Positions 1 to 8,927 of a DNA stretch of 20,000 nt are shown here, in pieces. The stretch is from positions 56,915 through 76,914 of IMG/VR virus record IMGVR_UViG_3300023184_000087, one strand, 5' to 3'. The stretch is from an uncultured virus (IMG/VR IMGVR_UViG_3300023184_000087). Taxonomy: Duplodnaviria; Heunggongvirae; Uroviricota; Caudoviricetes. The notes beneath the pieces were generated by a model. It saw only the letters and a program-made list of their open reading frames with translations. It was not told the origin of the DNA and made no database searches. Position 1 is the stretch's first letter. The number at the start of each line of letters is the position of its first letter. The translations under genes and the position numbers were made by a program.

Positions 1-3000
1 CTCTATGTTACCCAGAGCACCTTGCGCTGGAATTGGAACGTCACCTAAACCACCAAGATTCAAATCCCAAAATGCTCTTGATGTTCCATAACCCTTTGAT
101 GCTGACTGTAACATCGCTCTATTTGGCTCAAAATCTCCTTCACCAAATCCAAATTTTTCTCTAAGACTTGCAAATCCAAATCCATAGATACCAGCCATTT
201 CCTGCGCTCTATAACCAAACTCTCCAGATAGATCAGATTCTATTGGCTGACCAGCTGAAGCAACTCTTGGTGGCATTATTCCTCTTTGCTTTGGTGGGCC
301 ATAAGACATCTGCATCAGCGGTTGGTTTAATCCCGCTATGGAATTACGTGTCATGCCACGTGCAGTGTTTAGAGGATATTGTGCTGCTCCCCTTAAGTTC
401 GCATTTGAACCACCAACTTGAGAAGAAACCATAGCCGAAGAATAAGATCCACCGGGACCACCACCTGCACCTCTGGTTATCGGTATGACATTTGAACCAA
501 CTCCCATTCCAGCATTGTAAGCACTGGCGTCATATGCCCCATATTGACCAGCTGGCACATACTGACCAAGACCCTGCATAACTTCTTGTTGATGCATTGC
601 AACTTGTGGTTTAAGAACTCTGCCAACAGTCGCGTTGAGAACGGTATTTATAGGGCCAAAAGGACCAGTAAAATATTCTCCAGTTATTGGGTATGGTCTA
701 TCTTCGTAATGTTTTCTTTCAAATCTATATGGATCTAATGGTCTTAGCGGAGAAATATCATTGTTAAATAAGAATTTTTCTGCTGGACTTCCATATGTAT
801 CAGAAGTAAATAGCGCACCACCTTGCAGTTTTCTATACCAAGATGGCCTATAGTATTGGATCTTTCCACCCTTAAATGGCGTATTGCCCAATGGCCAATA
901 TCTACCTTGCCTAATTGGGACTTCTCCATCTAGAAGTTGTTCCTTCTTTTCCTCTTTGGTCATACCGCCAGGAGTTAGGCCGGCCGCTATTGCTTGAGTT
1001 TCGACTATTCCTCTAGCTACTTTTGTTGTAACAAAAGGAGAATAAGTTTTTTCTCCATAATTATCTTCTGGTCCAAGTGCTCCACCCAACATTCTGTCTG
1101 CAGTAAATGCAGCTGTACCAGCGGCATATATTGGAAGAACTCGCTTGCCCACCATTCCTCTTGCATATAGGTCTAATGGACCCTTGAACTTGGATACATC
1201 TAACTGCATTCCTAGTGTTCCAAAGTATCTATTCAAACGCTCTACACCCTGTGATATTGGTGTTGATGCCGTAGAATAAGAACTTGGATCAGAATATGTC
1301 GTTAAACCCAATGCACTCTTGATTGCGCCAAATGGATTCTTTTCAAATACCGTTCCAAAAGTCGGAACAAATGTAACCTTTTGGCCAGATCCTAATACGT
1401 CAGTTGAAAGTTCTCCAATTTTGTAAGGAGCAGTTCCAAATGCTTTTTTAAATGGTGGCAGGAACGAAGAGAATGGCCTCTTTATGTTTGTACTTATAAC
1501 AGATGCAGAACCAGATGTATATGGAGTAAAAAAACTCTTTACAGCTCCGCTTGCTTTGCCCGTTGCAAATTGTGCCAATTGACCTGCGGCACTTCTAGCA
1601 TTGTCGAAAAGCTGAACATCTCTCTTATACGTTAAGAATGCACTGGTATTGAATAGTGTCGATAGTGCTGCGGCTTGAGCTTCAGCAAATTCTGATGCAG
1701 GTAATTGTGATTTAAGTTTTAATATTACATCTTGCATTGCGATGAACATGTCATCTTGTCTACCACCAAGTGCTGGATTTCCTGTTATTGTTGCATTGGT
1801 TTGTGAAACAAATCTAAATATTTCATTTCGCATTTCGTCCATTTTTGTTGAAATGGTCGGAGATCTTCCTGCAAGTTGCGAAGTTGCTAATAAGTTACTT
1901 TCTTTTTGTAGTGCTCTTATTCTAGAAAAAGATTGTTCTATAACTCGTGGGTCAATGCCCATTTGCCTTGCTCGAGCTTTTAGCATTGGAAGGGATGCTT
2001 CTATTTCAGCAGAGAAGTCAAATAATTCTTTTTGCGTAGTTAGATTTGCTACACTCTTATTCAGTGGACCAAAAGTAAATAATGATTTATCAAAATCTTC
2101 TAGTTGCTCCATTACCTTTCTTGGAAGACCATATTGGAAAGTATTCTTTCTTAGGTCATTCATTGCAGTTAATATGTTTCTTTCCTCAAGACCGCTAACT
2201 GCTACTCCGGCTTCATCGATAAAGCTAACACCACTACCACTTGAATTTAATCTAATTTTTTTAGATACACTGTCAGTCTTAAGTAAGACTTCATCTCCAG
2301 ACAATAATTTTGATAATATTTTTGGATTATTTATATCAGTATTTCTTCTTTGAAACCTAGATAGCAAACCAAAAATGGAGTTTGGCTGTTCAGAGTCAAC
2401 TGCCATTCTGCTTTTGAATTTAACTGCTCTTTGATTATTATTAGAATTGTTTAATACTCTATCTAAAAATGTAGAACCAGATTGACCAGTTACTTCATAC
2501 GCTGCTTGACCAGAAAGACCTGCCGCATACCTGGCATGTCTTGTAAGCATTTCTGTGCTATTAGTTGGCAGTGGTCTATAAGTTCCTCTTAGTGTTTTTC
2601 CAAAAGTTGCTCCAGATTCTGAATTAACAGAAAAGCTAGTAACTTTACCTTTTGTGCCAAGGAAGCCACCAGTGCTATGCCATATGTGAAAATCTGCCTT
2701 AGAAGATGCTAAGTCTCCAAATGGTTGCACTGATCTTCCAGGGCTGTACTGAAGTGGACCTCTTCTAGCCATATCAGAAAAAGATCTAAATCCAAATAGA
2801 TCAGCTGGATTTAATTTTATTATTGGTATATGAAATTCAGAAGCAAAAAAGCTAGCTGTATTTGAAAATGTATTTTTTATCGTACTAAAATCAAGGATGT
2901 TTCCTGACCTAGTTTTATAAACTCCGTCTAATCTATTAAGGCCTATTGACTTAGACACTGGGTCATTGATTGCCATTCTTCCAGCAAGGTCTGATATTAC

Positions 3001-5178
3001 TCTTTTTTGCGAACTTGGCAGTCCCTTAAATCTATCCTGCTGTATTGCCTCATCTATGAGCAGTGGTTTTAGGCCAAAAATATTATAGTTACCACCAAAC
3101 AATCCAGAAGATATTTGTCTCTTCTCTAAAAGAAACGATCTTAACCCTACAAGATCATTTGGATTAAAGCCCCTATTTGCTAATCCCCTTTTAATGATAT
3201 CGTCTGATACCATTCTTCCAGAATCATTTTTAAGTTTTATTCCAAGTACTTGTGCGGTTTTTCTTTGTAGAAACTGTTGTTTTGCCGAACTTAGTGGACC
3301 AACAAATTCATTATAAACAGCTTTTTGTGGCTTAAGAACTGTTCCAGCAATATCGACTAAATCATTTCTTGAAAATGAGTTCCATTGACTGTTAATTTTG
3401 TTTCTCATTCCAAGTTGGAATTCTTTACTTAAGAATTGAGAATTTGTTTCATCAATAATTTCTTTTAAGAAATTTTGTGGACTTGTTCCTCCAGCAGCGG
3501 CGGTTAAAGATTGTTCAAAACTTTTCCCATGTTTAAGAGTTTTATATTTTTTAAGAACAATATCGTAATATTCACTTTCATCTGCAACAATTGTTGATCG
3601 ACCTATTGAAATTACGTTAGTGGAATGAGAACCTCTTCCAGGAGTATTTACTCTTAATTGATTAACAAAATCGTCTATTGCATCGTCGCCCATAACTCCT
3701 TTAGCTCTTAATCTCTGAGCAAGAAGGTCTTTATAAGCGGTTGTTTGTCCACCAGTATAGAATTCTGATCTTTGGAAATTCTTATCCCCTGGGCCACCAG
3801 CACCAAGTATGGATACTTGTCCAGCAAGGCGTGTTAATCTACTTGAATGCTGAGATTGAATTCTTTGTATTGACTTTTCAAAAGAATTCCTAGAAGCAGT
3901 GCCCACTGCCATCGATGCATCAGATATTATCTGATTGTATTTTATTGAACTCTGAAGGGCATCATAAGCTTGCCCTGACATTTTGAATTCTTTATATCCA
4001 GATTTTATTGCACCGCTTAAACCTCTAAATGCAGGGATAGCATCAAAAGCTCCATATTGTACTGTTCTATTCGTTCCTGGAATTGTAGCTGGAGAATCAA
4101 GACCAAATGCAAAAGCTTTTACAGCTGCCATTGCCCTTTGTGCTGAACTTGAATTTTTTGCTCTAGCTGCATCAGCGGCAATTACTGGACCATGCCTAGC
4201 GTCATGTAGAGACTGAACAAACCTCGGTTGTTCCTTAAACGCCTCAGCAGCTGCGTTAAATCCACCACTTAACTGTGATGATTTCTTTAAAAATTTATTA
4301 GAGATAGATGCTACGTCGTGACCAACTTCAGACAATACCTCAGATAGATCTACAATATTTCTACTAAGAGCTTGCCTTCCTGGGCTCATACTTCTCAGTG
4401 AACCCATTGAGTTCTTGAAATTCATCAATGAACTTCTTGTTGCAGTTGAGCTACTTCCTAGTATTTCAAATGGAAGAACAGTAGTTGCAAGGTTGGTTAC
4501 CGAAGTCTTAACGAAATCGCTTACTACGTCTACTGGATTATACCAATTTACTTTTTTCTTGTCTTCATTATTGCCAAAAAGATTGTCTGTCAAACCTCTT
4601 TGTGTGACATACAAAGCTGGAAGTTCATATGGAAGTCTTCTTCCGGCTCTAACTAATCTCTTTTGTATTTCATCTTGCATTGTAAACAATGCAGGTGGTG
4701 CGTGAGTTGGGCCTCTTTGAGCTTGTCTTATTTCGTCTTTTGTAAGATTATAAAGTCTATTAGATTCGCTGTTTACACCTTTATATCCAGTTGTTAATCC
4801 TTCTTCAGTTTCAAATACAAGCTTTGAGTATGGATCAACACCATCTTCGACAAATCTTTTAACACCTTGCAGTTGATCAAGATGTCTTCTTATGTCTGTT
4901 ATTGTTCTAACTGAAGAAGTGGCAAAGTCAGTTGTAGAATTCTGTAACTTTTGGGCTAACTTGAGTCCACCCTTTTTCATCATTGCAGACATGACGCCAG
5001 CAACGGCTATTGTTGCTCCTGTATGAGCAAAGAATCTCATGACCGGATGGCCATCTAGGGCCTTTGTTATTTGACCACTGTTGGGAGAAACACCTTCGGT
5101 TTCTCCTTCATTGAAAGATAAATCCCTAGACGTAACACCATAACCTAAGTTATGAATCGGTCCACGATCTCTAATCAA
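1..5178 (-). CDS. Very large virion protein, probable tape measure protein (3' end outside window, >1726 aa)
   Basis: Not in the ORF track because its stop lies outside the window. TTG start at 5178 after AAGGGGA SD; reads (M)IRDRGPIHNLGYGVTSRDL... The frame was open everywhere I read it (bases 1-1080 fully, spot checks elsewhere) and ends at the edge as ...RAFWDLNLGGLGDVPIPAQGALGNIE. Lies directly downstream of sheath, tube and chaperone genes; Ala/Gly/Ser/Lys-rich. Confidence 0.8.
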   Translation of the reverse strand, partial: MIRDRGPIHNLGYGVTSRDLSFNEGETEGVSPNSGQITKALDGHPVMRFFAHTGATIAVAGVMSAMMKKGGLKLAQKLQNSTTDFATSSVRTITDIRRHLDQLQGVKRFVEDGVDPYSKLVFETEEGLTTGYKGVNSESNRLYNLTKDEIRQAQRGPTHAPPALFTMQDEIQKRLVRAGRRLPYELPALYVTQRGLTDNLFGNNEDKKKVNWYNPVDVVSDFVKTSVTNLATTVLPFEILGSSSTATRSSLMNFKNSMGSLRSMSPGRQALSRNIVDLSEVLSEVGHDVASISNKFLKKSSQLSGGFNAAAEAFKEQPRFVQSLHDARHGPVIAADAARAKNSSSAQRAMAAVKAFAFGLDSPATIPGTNRTVQYGAFDAIPAFRGLSGAIKSGYKEFKMSGQAYDALQSSIKYNQIISDASMAVGTASRNSFEKSIQRIQSQHSSRLTRLAGQVSILGAGGPGDKNFQRSEFYTGGQTTAYKDLLAQRLRAKGVMGDDAIDDFVNQLRVNTPGRGSHSTNVISIGRSTIVADESEYYDIVLKKYKTLKHGKSFEQSLTAAAGGTSPQNFLKEIIDETNSQFLSKEFQLGMRNKINSQWNSFSRNDLVDIAGTVLKPQKAVYNEFVGPLSSAKQQFLQRKTAQVLGIKLKNDSGRMVSDDIIKRGLANRGFNPNDLVGLRSFLLEKRQISSGLFGGNYNIFGLKPLLIDEAIQQDRFKGLPSSQKRVISDLAGRMAINDPVSKSIGLNRLDGVYKTRSGNILDFSTIKNTFSNTASFFASEFHIPIIKLNPADLFGFRSFSDMARRGPLQYSPGRSVQPFGDLASSKADFHIWHSTGGFLGTKGKVTSFSVNSESGATFGKTLRGTYRPLPTNSTEMLTRHARYAAGLSGQAAYEVTGQSGSTFLDRVLNNSNNNQRAVKFKSRMAVDSEQPNSIFGLLSRFQRRNTDINNPKILSKLLSGDEVLLKTDSVSKKIRLNSSGSGVSFIDEAGVAVSGLEERNILTAMNDLRKNTFQYGLPRKVMEQLEDFDKSLFTFGPLNKSVANLTTQKELFDFSAEIEASLPMLKARARQMGIDPRVIEQSFSRIRALQKESNLLATSQLAGRSPTISTKMDEMRNEIFRFVSQTNATITGNPALGGRQDDMFIAMQDVILKLKSQLPASEFAEAQAAALSTLFNTSAFLTYKRDVQLFDNARSAAGQLAQFATGKASGAVKSFFTPYTSGSASVISTNIKRPFSSFLPPFKKAFGTAPYKIGELSTDVLGSGQKVTFVPTFGTVFEKNPFGAIKSALGLTTYSDPSSYSTASTPISQGVERLNRYFGTLGMQLDVSKFKGPLDLYARGMVGKRVLPIYAAGTAAFTADRMLGGALGPEDNYGEKTYSPFVTTKVARGIVETQAIAAGLTPGGMTKEEKKEQLLDGEVPIRQGRYWPLGNTPFKGGKIQYYRPSWYRKLQGGALFTSDTYGSPAEKFLFNNDISPLRPLDPYRFERKHYEDRPYPITGEYFTGPFGPINTVLNATVGRVLKPQVAMHQQEVMQGLGQYVPAGQYGAYDASAYNAGMGVGSNVIPITRGAGGGPGGSYSSAMVSSQVGGSNANLRGAAQYPLNTARGMTRNSIAGLNQPLMQMSYGPPKQRGIMPPRVASAGQPIESDLSGEFGYRAQEMAGIYGFGFASLREKFGFGEGDFEPNRAMLQSASKGYGTSRAFWDLNLGGLGDVPIPAQGALGNIE

Positions 5179-5196
5179 TTTAATTCCCCTTGGTTA

Positions 5197-5826
5197 TTAT
5201 TGCATACCCCAAAGCTTTTGGGCTATTGGGTCTTGGTAATCTGCTTCTCCTGTTTTCTTGGAAAGATTATGCCTTGCCGCTGACTGCTTTTGTTTTGCCG
5301 ATTCTTCTTCGGGATCTATTAGCTGAAGAGTAATATTGGTTGATTCAATTCCATTTATATTTTGTTTTATTTCTATAATTTTCTCAGATAGGGCAACCAT
5401 TTCTGCCAATTGAGAGAAAGTCATCTTATCTAAGTCCTCAGGAGAGTATGTAGTTATAGTAGCCAAAACAAAGGCTTTCATTAAGCTTCTTACTTCATTA
5501 GCTTTTTCTCTTTTAGATTCCAATATTTGCTTAGCTAAACCAGCGGAGAAGAACCCAGAAAAGTCCATTATCTCTTGAGCCAGGGAAGAAATTAATCCAG
5601 GCTGGATTGCATCTACAGAAAAGCTATCAGGATATACAACGGCACAATTAATAATTAAATCTTCTGCATCTAAAGAAGATGCTTCTTCAGAATTTTTATA
5701 TTCAAGAATTTTGTCATATTCATCAAATGTTAATTCTCTAAAAATAACCTGTTGATCTTTTAGATTAACACTGAATATAGAACCATGTTTCTTTTTAAGT
5801 TCATAAAGTTTTTCAGGTTCTATCAT
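5197..5826 (-). CDS. Putative tail assembly chaperone 2 (paralogue of 5836-6351 with C-terminal extension)
   Basis: 209 aa. LKKKHGSIF...IFRELTFDEY...CAVVYP...GLISSLAQEIMDFSGF aligns by eye with the upstream ORF; sits immediately before the tape measure candidate. Confidence 0.65.
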   Translation of the reverse strand: MIEPEKLYELKKKHGSIFSVNLKDQQVIFRELTFDEYDKILEYKNSEEASSLDAEDLIINCAVVYPDSFSVDAIQPGLISSLAQEIMDFSGFFSAGLAKQILESKREKANEVRSLMKAFVLATITTYSPEDLDKMTFSQLAEMVALSEKIIEIKQNINGIESTNITLQLIDPEEESAKQKQSAARHNLSKKTGEADYQDPIAQKLWGMQ

Positions 5827-5835
5827 GTTTTAAAA

Positions 5836-6351
5836 TTACAACTGTCTTACTTCCAAAGCAACGAATCCGGATGCCTCTAATACCTCTTGGGAAATCAAAG
5901 ATGGAATACCAGCCATAATACCCTTCATCTCTATTTTGTCGTACTGTGGATAAAGAATACACAGTTCAGCAATTGCTTCTTCATTCCACATGTTAGCTTC
6001 AGCTGAAGTTAACTGACCAGCCTGAACAAGTTGTTCCATTTTCTTAACAAGGTTTTTATATTCAAGTCTATTAAGAACTCTCCACACAATATGCTTGTCA
6101 AAAGTGATTGACGTAACATATACTTCGCCAAATTGTTCTTTCCATGTTTTGATCATTCCAGCAGTAGGGCCGCCGTCCCATATTTCCTGATCGTCAGGAA
6201 GGGATTCAACACTTACTGGCTCTTCAACTACCACTTCAGTGTCTACATTTTCTCCAGCTGGACCTTCAACTGTTACTTCTGTTACTTCATCGGCTCCGAT
6301 TTGTTCTGCTAATTCTGCGTTGCCTTTGATAGTTACTTTTCTTCCTGTCAT
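5836..6351 (-). CDS. Putative tail assembly chaperone 1
   Basis: 171 aa, AAGGAG SD. Acidic N-terminus, then WKEQFGEVY...VWRVLNRLEY...LCILYP...GIPSLISQEVLEASGF; lies between tube genes and tape measure. Confidence 0.65.
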   Translation of the reverse strand: MTGRKVTIKGNAELAEQIGADEVTEVTVEGPAGENVDTEVVVEEPVSVESLPDDQEIWDGGPTAGMIKTWKEQFGEVYVTSITFDKHIVWRVLNRLEYKNLVKKMEQLVQAGQLTSAEANMWNEEAIAELCILYPQYDKIEMKGIMAGIPSLISQEVLEASGFVALEVRQL

Positions 6352-6382
6352 TTTTTCTCCTTAGATAAAAGAATCACGATAC

Positions 6383-6411
6383 ATTATACATCATATATTT
6401 TTATATTACAA
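6383..6411 (-). promoter_or_regulatory. Sigma70-type promoter upstream of chaperone/tape measure genes
   Basis: TTGTAA (6411-6406), 17-nt spacer, TATAAT (6388-6383); about 30 nt upstream of the ATG at 6351. Confidence 0.65.
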
Positions 6412-6428
6412 ATTTAAGTATTAATTAT

Positions 6429-7421
6429 CTACAAAAAGATATTTGGGTTTTCATTTCTTGAAGAAGAATTATAGTTTGTTGCGGTTTGTGTTGCAACCCC
6501 GTTCTGGAATAAAGAAACAGTAGGCTCATCTGAGCTATTGGTTGTTGTGGTATTTTTAATAAAACCTAAATCAACTTCACTAAAATAATAATCTCTAGCC
6601 ATAAACTGATAATTTTCTACCAATGGTGAACCGCCAGATGCATAGGCAGTTGTCATGCTCATTAGTTGAATCTCCTGTAATACTATTTTCATTGGGCTAG
6701 CTTGGTTATTGGTGTTTGGTTTAATCAATCTTTCATTGACATCAGAAATCATCATTCTGTCTAAATTAGATTCTATAACTTTATCTTCTGCTTTTAAATA
6801 ATCTTTTGCTGTTGTTGAAACTTCTTCAACTCCATAAAGTATAATAAAATTAAATGGTGGGTGAGCACTGAATATATTTTTATCTGAATCTACAACATTT
6901 TTAGAAAATGGATCGGTAGATATTCTATCTAACTGACTATATGCCCAATATTTTTGAATATTTTTTTCGTCTTGTAAGCTCCTTACTGAGGAGCTAGACG
7001 AACCATAATCTATATTTCTTAAAGTAGATTTAATTAAAGAATCATCTTTTCTTGGGTCTGGTTGCTGCCTTCTTGCCCTTGCAGCTTCTTCTATCAAATC
7101 TGTCATTCTTCTTGGGTATCTTGTGTATATCGAAAATTCTCCAGTTATAATTCTTGTACCATACATCATGGCATCATAATTGTAAGACCAAAAACCATAT
7201 AGTGGTTGCTTTTCTTGTCTTATATTGTAAGATAATGCAGCTATGTCTAGTTCGTATTCTTCAGAAAACAATCCGTCAATATAAACCTTAATGTCTTCTC
7301 CGCTAAAGAAGTAATCATAATAACTATTGAATGAATTTTTTTCTGTGGTGGGGCTACCCGACCATATCAAGTCTAATTGATTAGACAGCGGATCAAATCT
7401 TTCGTTTCTATTACCGGCCAT
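6429..7421 (-). CDS. Tail tube-family protein 3 (possible tube initiator/baseplate-proximal ring)
   Basis: 330 aa. FFSGEDIKVY...SYNIRQEKQPLYG...GTRIITGEF...PPFNFII matches motifs in the two upstream tube-like ORFs, with large insertions. Confidence 0.6.
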   Translation of the reverse strand: MAGNRNERFDPLSNQLDLIWSGSPTTEKNSFNSYYDYFFSGEDIKVYIDGLFSEEYELDIAALSYNIRQEKQPLYGFWSYNYDAMMYGTRIITGEFSIYTRYPRRMTDLIEEAARARRQQPDPRKDDSLIKSTLRNIDYGSSSSSVRSLQDEKNIQKYWAYSQLDRISTDPFSKNVVDSDKNIFSAHPPFNFIILYGVEEVSTTAKDYLKAEDKVIESNLDRMMISDVNERLIKPNTNNQASPMKIVLQEIQLMSMTTAYASGGSPLVENYQFMARDYYFSEVDLGFIKNTTTTNSSDEPTVSLFQNGVATQTATNYNSSSRNENPNIFL

Positions 7422-7430
7422 TTTTACCTA

Positions 7431-8138
7431 CTAAAGAGTGTAAATTTCATCTATAAAGTTTTGATAAAGAGTAGTTACGCCTACTCCTTCAATGTTGTCC
7501 CCAAATATATTTCTATTTCTTTGAGCTGCTCTTCGAGCATCTTCGTCTGGCATCTTCGTCATTTCTTTTTCATTAATCATCTTAGTCATTGGCTGAATGC
7601 CTCTAGCCATAAACGTATATGTTTGTTCAGTCATTATATCATCAATCGACATGGTTTGACCTTCGTCGACTATGGTCACTCCATATATTTTCATCTTTGA
7701 AGCATTGCCGTATTCATTAAAAAAAGTAAATACAATATCAAATGGTGGGAGCATGTCTGCTAATGGTGAAAAGAAACCGTTAGTTCTGGACAGATAATCT
7801 TCATACTCTTTAATTTTATACCAAGTGTATTCATTAAATACAGTAAATATTAATGATCCAGCTATAGTTCTAGATCCCTTAACAAAGCCTCTCACATTTG
7901 AGTGACCCAATGTTCTTATTGGAGTATTCTCTCTATGGATTGAATAGGATACAGTTTGCAGATCACCTATTTCGAGATAGTCTCCAGCTGTATTGGCGGT
8001 TCCCATTGGAGGCAAAATCATTGTGGCGACAATGTCTGCTCCAGCGTATGATACATTATTTAATGCATCATTTATATTAAACGATCCATCCTTTGGATTG
8101 ACAGAAGAAATGGTATACGTTTTACTGGCTTGTGCCAT
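7431..8138 (-). CDS. Tail tube-family protein 2 (minor tube protein)
   Basis: 235 aa. SYAGADIVAT...SIHRENTPIRTLG...GSRTIAGSLIFTVF...ADMLPPFDI...NEYGNA...IYGV...EG..MSIDDI is clearly paralogous to 8215-8907. AGGAG SD. Confidence 0.7.
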   Translation of the reverse strand: MAQASKTYTISSVNPKDGSFNINDALNNVSYAGADIVATMILPPMGTANTAGDYLEIGDLQTVSYSIHRENTPIRTLGHSNVRGFVKGSRTIAGSLIFTVFNEYTWYKIKEYEDYLSRTNGFFSPLADMLPPFDIVFTFFNEYGNASKMKIYGVTIVDEGQTMSIDDIMTEQTYTFMARGIQPMTKMINEKEMTKMPDEDARRAAQRNRNIFGDNIEGVGVTTLYQNFIDEIYTL

Positions 8139-8157
8139 TTTATCTCCTAAATAGAAC

Positions 8158-8189
8158 AGTGCATGAAGGGAGTCTTCCCCTCATGCACT
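8158..8189 (-). terminator. Stem-loop after major tube gene (leaky intrinsic terminator or mRNA-stabilising hairpin)
   Basis: Minus strand AGTGCATGAGGGGA-AGAC-TCCCTTCATGCACT: 14-bp stem with one G-U pair, followed by a weak U tract GTTCTATTT. Confidence 0.7.
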
Positions 8190-8214
8190 ACTCAGAATTA
8201 TTATTAAGATCTAG

Positions 8215-8907
8215 TTATGGACGAATTATATCTGTTCTCATACCCTTTACGGCGTTTCCACTCATAATATCAGAAAGATTGCTTTGATCTTTTTGCAGAG
8301 CAGATGTCTCAATGGTGTACATTGGTCCAAGTTCTCTAGCAACGTAGGTCATTGTTTCTTCAATTACTATGTCATCCATCGATGCTCCCGAACCTTCGTT
8401 CAAAAGCTCAACTCCGTAAATTGATCTTACTGCTGCGTTTCCGTATTCGTTAACAAATGTAACTGTGATATCGAATGGTGGAATTTGGTCTGCGTAGTAG
8501 GGGACCTTTTTTTGAACATCTCTTGTCCAGTTATTTCTTCCTTCTGCTCCAATTCCTGGGATTCCTCTTCCCATTGCATTGGTGTCACCCGGAAGTGTGT
8601 TGTGGGCTCTTGTGAAGAAGTCCATAGGCTTATTGTTTGTGTAATTTTTTTCCAACATTGTGTAAAGTGCTGGACGATCAAACACTGTAAAAATTAATGA
8701 ACCAGCAATACCACGCTTACCCCTTGAGAATGAGCGTGGGTTTGGTGAACCCATTGTGTAAATTGGTGCTTTTTCTCTTGTTACAGAGAATGTGATTCCT
8801 GAAAGTGCACCTATTTCGACACCACCAAATGTGGCTACGATATCTGCACCTGAGAAAGTTGTATATGTGTTTAGATATTTGTTTACTGAATTTGTATCAG
8901 AAGCCAT
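8215..8907 (-). CDS. Major tail tube protein
   Basis: 230 aa, directly after the sheath, GGAGGG SD, followed by a hairpin. TFSGADIVATF...FSVTREKAPIYTMGS..PRSFSRGKRGIAGSLIF is a beta-rich tube-like pattern. Confidence 0.75.
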   Translation of the reverse strand: MASDTNSVNKYLNTYTTFSGADIVATFGGVEIGALSGITFSVTREKAPIYTMGSPNPRSFSRGKRGIAGSLIFTVFDRPALYTMLEKNYTNNKPMDFFTRAHNTLPGDTNAMGRGIPGIGAEGRNNWTRDVQKKVPYYADQIPPFDITVTFVNEYGNAAVRSIYGVELLNEGSGASMDDIVIEETMTYVARELGPMYTIETSALQKDQSNLSDIMSGNAVKGMRTDIIRP

Positions 8908-8927
8908 TTTTTACCCTCCAATCGGTA

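Noticed and set aside
168..4705. Track ORFs at 168, 544, 1742, 3983, 4415 (+) and 744-929 (-)
   Set aside because: Antisense or out-of-frame shadows of the long minus-strand ORF 5178-1; no recognisable motifs.
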